A stretch of DNA of 64,000 nt from Pelagomonas calceolata (lineage: Eukaryota): positions 1,488,001-1,552,000 of the forward strand of contig CAKKNE010000006.1 in NCBI GenBank assembly GCA_918797485.1, in the 5' to 3' direction. The notes beneath the pieces are model-generated. The model did not search any database. It worked only from the letters and a program-made list of their open reading frames with translations, and was not told the origin of the DNA. Every line of letters begins with the position of its first letter. Positions within the stretch are counted from its first letter, which is position 1. Positions 60,081-64,000 of the stretch are shown here, piece by piece. The position numbers and the translations under genes were made by a program.

Positions 60081-60797
60081 ATGGGCGCCGAGGGGGAGCA
60101 AGCCCCCGAGGAGGAGCAAGCTCTGGTGACAGGCAGACCCACGACCATCGTCTACAGTGGAGACTGGCCGCCCGAACAGGCGCCGCGAGGCTTATTTAAG
60201 AGGTACGAGGTCCGGGGACGCGTCTGCGAGGTGATACCGCATATCCTGTTCCTGCGAAAGGACGACGCGTCGGCCGAGTTCATACATGGCCACTACAAGC
60301 GAGCACATGCCACGCGCGACCGCTTCCAAAGGGTTGTGGCGGCGATTCGGATCGAGTTCGATCCGCCGGGGGAAGGGGACAACCTCAAGGACCAGGAGCG
60401 CGAGGAGCTGCGGTCCTTGGAGCGGTTGGGGGGCGCCCAATCTAGAATAGAGGGCCACGGCGAAGACGGCGAGCTGTGGTTGTATATCCCACAAAAGAGA
60501 TTGGATGCCCACGATCCGTTTGGGGACACGGTCGCCGACGCGCTGGTCGAGGGCGTGATTGTTAATTGCACGTGCGTCATCTCGACAGCGCCGTTCATCA
60601 ACACGATCGACATCAAACGAGAAACGGAGGAGCCGGACGCCCTCGGCATCGTCGAGGCGCCGGCGCCGGCGCCGGCCGAGGACGAGAGCGACGCGTCGTC
60701 GGATTCGGCGTCGTACATCCAGCCGAGCCCGCGCGACCTGGCGCTGCCGTCGTACATGTCCGGCACGGTGACGAAGAACGGCGTCGACATGTACTAA
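60081..60797 (+). CDS. Hypothetical protein
   Basis: 238-aa ATG ORF with ordinary globular composition, divergent from PfkB. Confidence 0.55.
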   Translation: MGAEGEQAPEEEQALVTGRPTTIVYSGDWPPEQAPRGLFKRYEVRGRVCEVIPHILFLRKDDASAEFIHGHYKRAHATRDRFQRVVAAIRIEFDPPGEGDNLKDQEREELRSLERLGGAQSRIEGHGEDGELWLYIPQKRLDAHDPFGDTVADALVEGVIVNCTCVISTAPFINTIDIKRETEEPDALGIVEAPAPAPAEDESDASSDSASYIQPSPRDLALPSYMSGTVTKNGVDMY

Positions 60798-60817
60798 GTA
60801 TATATAGGAAAGGTGCG

Positions 60818-60839
60818 CTAGCGGCTTGCAAGACACTAG
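60818..60839 (+). promoter_or_regulatory. CTAG-N14-CTAG upstream motif copy
   Basis: ctagcggcttgcaagacactag, 177 bp upstream of ATG 61016. Confidence 0.6.
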
Positions 60840-61015
60840 CAAGCGGCCCGGGTGGGCCCAGCTGGCAAACTCTGCCACGCTGGTGCAGCCGTGCCATAAA
60901 TCATCGATATCCTTAGTTATCAATTGTAGTTGTTGCGAGTTCCAAATTGCATTGGTCATTTAGCCACCAATTGCATCGATCACTGCGTCATAGCTGGCAG
61001 GACAACACAGAGAGC

Positions 61016-61486
61016 ATGCTTGGGTGCACTATAGCTCTCTGCGTCGTCACGCTGGCGTCGTCGTTCCGATGCAGCACTCGTCCGAGGACGCCGCGCACGA
61101 TGAGGCACTACACGCCGACGCCCGTGGACCCGTCGGTGATCGCCCAGCAGCTCGCGGTCATCGGCGTCTCGGGCGCCGCGGCCTTCGTATGGTGGACGCA
61201 GACAGTACCTGCAAAACGCCTCGAGGTGTCGCGGTCGAAGAAGAGCGGCGAGATTGCCGAGCTGCTGGACGAGCTCGACGAGGCGGAGGCCACAGGCGAC
61301 CGAAAGCTCGAGCGCTGGGTCCTCACGGACTGGCGCGAGCCGTCGCGGCGCAAAGAACCGGCGCTGCCCATGCTGCCGAAGTCGAAGTTCAACTCGGGAG
61401 ATAACCCGATCCTCGCGGCCGCCGCGCTCATCCTGAGCTTCGGCGTCGCGAACGCGCTGGCCGAGCGCGCGTCTTCGCTGTTGTGA
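61016..61486 (+). CDS. Small plastid-targeted two-TM membrane protein
   Basis: Signal ending ASS-F, transit peptide, two hydrophobic segments. Confidence 0.6.
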   Translation: MLGCTIALCVVTLASSFRCSTRPRTPRTMRHYTPTPVDPSVIAQQLAVIGVSGAAAFVWWTQTVPAKRLEVSRSKKSGEIAELLDELDEAEATGDRKLERWVLTDWREPSRRKEPALPMLPKSKFNSGDNPILAAAALILSFGVANALAERASSLL

Positions 61487-61879
61487 GTAATCGTTGTTGT
61501 AGATCTCCTCGCCGATTGATCGCGCGCGCCCCGCACGCAGCTCCAAGAGGGAAGTGGCCTCCCTGACTTTTTGAGCGCGTGGGCAGTCAAATAAGGTGCG
61601 TAATGTCATGCAATGCAGTGCGCGCGCGTCCTGGCCCCATGATCTTGCAATGCAGCGCAAAAAACGGCAGCCCGCGCCGCGCAGGCAGCCGCAAACCACT
61701 GCAGCAGGGGGCTGCACAGCACCTCCCGAGCGGCGTCGAACTCTCTGCACCGCACAGCACCAACAGAGGTGCGCACCAGCGCCAGAAAGCATCCGCCAGT
61801 CCCGCCGCGCGCCGCGCGAAAATTCGCCGCCGCGCCGCGGCGGCGCACGATCGCACCGTCGAACGCAGGTCCGGAAAAC

Positions 61880-64000
61880 ATGGCCGCCCCCGACTACTAC
61901 GCCCTGCTCGGCGTGCCCCGCAACGCCACGACCGCCGAGGTGCGCAAGGCCTTCCGCGGCAAGGCCCTCGAGCAGCACCCCGACCGCGGCGGCGACGAGG
62001 AAAGTTTTCGTTTGTTGTCCAAGGCCTACGACGTCCTCAGCGATCAGGAGCGGCGTAAGTACTACGACCGCACGGGCCGCCCGGAACGCACGGCGGAGGA
62101 CGACTTCCTCGACTGCTTCGGCAAGAAGACCACGGAGACCCCGAAGCGCGACGAGAGCGCCGCGCTCGCGCAGCGCCTCGACGCGTCGCACGAAGAGTCG
62201 CACGCCACGTCCTTCGAGGCGTGGATGCGGAGCCGTCGCCCGCGGTGTCCTGATCTGGTGGAGGCGATGGCGCCTTCGCGAGACCACGTCGCCGTCGGCG
62301 TGCCGTCAGAGAGTCAACGTGAACCTGACGTGGTCGCGTCGATGGCGTCGACGCGGTGCCGCGTCGCCGCGACGCCGTCGACGCGGCCACACGAGAGTCC
62401 CCGCGCCTCGCGAACGAACACGACGGTATCAAATCAAACGCAGGCAACGGCGAGAGCATGGTCGTCACGACGGAAAGCCTCCTCAACGACAAGAAGAACA
62501 TCGCCGCGGACTCCTACGAGAAGGTCCTGCTGCCGCGGGTGCGTTCCACCACGATCCGCGTCACTCCGTCCATCGCGAAGGGCGACCTACTAAAACGAGC
62601 GGCGCAGCGCACCGAGGTCCACTACCGCAAGCTCCCCAAGCATTTGGACTGGAAGGAGTGCCTCGTCAACGTCCGGAGTGCGCCGCTCACCTTACCGGAT
62701 CTGCGGAACGCCGCGGACTCTTCATTGGAATTGGGCTGCTCTTGTGTCGGTGTTGTGGAGACCGTGGGGCCCGGCACGTCGTTATTGAAGGAGAGCGACT
62801 GGGTCGTGCCCCTATCTGACACGATGGGCACCTTTTCTTCCTTACGCGTTTGGGACGAGAAAGATTTATTGAAGATAGAGAGAGACGTCATGCCCGTCGA
62901 GTACGCGGCTTTATGGAGAGAGTTAGCGTTGGCCTACCATCTCCTGGAGACGGAGGCTTCCGAGCTCAAAGCGGGCGACGCTGTCCTGATAAGTGCGGCG
63001 AACGGGGCCGTCGGCCAGATCTTGATTCAATTATGCAGACTCGTGAAGCTCCGAACGTTATGTATTGTACGAAAGTCCGACGCCTTCGAGGACACGAAGG
63101 CGTGGCTCGAGTTCCTGGGCGCGGCGCGCGTGTTCTGTTACGAGGACGTTATTGCCGACGAACTGAAGCGGGAACATTCGTCACTGCCGAAGCTGGCCTT
63201 CGACGGTGTTGGTGGTTCTTCTAGTTTGGTATTGGCGGAGGCGTTGGCTCCGGGTGGAAGCGTCGTGACCTACGGCTCGTTGGCTCCGGTGCGCGGCGAC
63301 TGGAGCGTATTAGCGCGGAACCGTATTACGGTGAGCGGCTTTTCTCTGCTCAGTTGGCTGAAGGAGGATCGTAAAAACAGAGACAAGCTGAAGACGATAC
63401 TGACACAAGTGGCGAAGCTCGTCAACGCCCAGAAGCTGCGCGTCTCGACGACGGACGCGCCGTTGCACGCGTTCCACCGGGCGCTGTCGTCCCTGGAGCC
63501 GAACACGAAGGTCGTCTTCGCGATGCCGTCGCTCCAGGAGGAATTGACGCGCGAGGCCGCGCGGAAGCAATCCATGCGGCGCGAGAAGGAGCTCCAGAGG
63601 GAGCGCGCCCTCGCGTTGGACGCGGCGGCCTCGAGGCTCTTCGCTTCGCCTAGCTCGTCGTCAAAAGTAGACCAAGCTTTGGTCATCGACTGCCCTTCAC
63701 CGACGTCGACGCTGATCTGGTGCCACGGCAACGGCGAGCTCGCCCAGGAGTACGCGCCCATGTTCCGCAAGGTCTTTTCTCCAATGAACGTCAAGGTCGT
63801 CATGCCGGCGCCGCCCACTTCCTCCGATTCGCAGAAGTGGTTCGATCTTGAGGATTTGAGTTGGTCCAAGGTCATCGGAGGGTCGTGCGCGACGGAGGCG
63901 GATTTGAGCGTACTAGAACAGATCGACGCGGGCGCGGCGAAAGTAGCGGCGCTCGTGGAACAAGAAGCGAATGGTGTCTACGTGAGCGGCTTCGCGCAGG
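61880..64000 (+). CDS. J-domain / MDR enoyl-reductase (MECR-like) / alpha-beta hydrolase fusion, partial at the window end; intron ~62235-62443
   Basis: DYYALLGV...HPDRGGD...AYDVLSD. Manual translation from 62446 stays open to 64000: LKAGDAVLISAANGAVGQ, LPKLAFDGVGG, GGSVVTYG, then TLIWCHGNG, VVMPAPP, WFDL, VYVSGFAQG. Confidence 0.75.
62235..62443 (+). other. Phase-1 intron of ~209 nt (alternative GC donor at 62232)
   Basis: The AAACGCAG acceptor restores frame into the long downstream exon; contains gcgtcgatggcgt, shared with introner interiors. Confidence 0.6.

Noticed and set aside
4309..60839. CTAG motif copies as a CRISPR array or REP-like repeats
   Set aside because: Copies are kilobases apart, in both orientations, with no spacer array or cas genes, in a eukaryotic context.

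Overview
GC-rich, very compact eukaryotic nuclear DNA of a photosynthetic, probably flagellated stramenopile. Several bipartite plastid-targeting presequences, CFAP52 and DNAAF9 homologues, Arp2/3, and TIR/TSD-type introner introns together point to a pelagophyte such as Pelagomonas or Aureococcus; this assignment is inferred, not searched. The window holds about 40 protein-coding genes, mostly intronless and often in head-to-head pairs, with convergent gaps as small as 2 bp or overlapping. Recognisable products: GT90, PQBP1-like, L19, double-ZIP transporter, SufE-BolA, APE1/DUF2854, BTB, sulfotransferase, ARPC1, FKBP, VPS20, plastid FBPase, metallophosphoesterase, PWWP protein, ELO elongase, CFAP52, DNAAF9, Deg protease, family-5 solute-binding protein, sirtuin, RING-H2, PfkB kinase and a J-domain fusion. 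Main observations: (1) a bipartite motif CTAG-cGGcnnGTAAGACA-CTAG occurs 12 times in close form and about 6 times degenerately, always in intergenic DNA upstream of start codons, and was not seen in CDS or convergent gaps, so it is a candidate genome-wide promoter element; (2) three introns are DNA-transposon introners with 15-bp TIRs and 8-bp TSDs, inserted in both orientations; (3) a 490-bp MITE has perfect 17-bp TIRs, a 6-bp TSD and a hexamer-repeat interior; (4) a bacterial-type ABC substrate-binding protein carries a signal peptide, a GC-AG intron and a GPI-like tail; (5) a DnaJ-enoyl reductase-thioesterase triple fusion (GFAQG instead of GFSQG) is missed by the ORF track.
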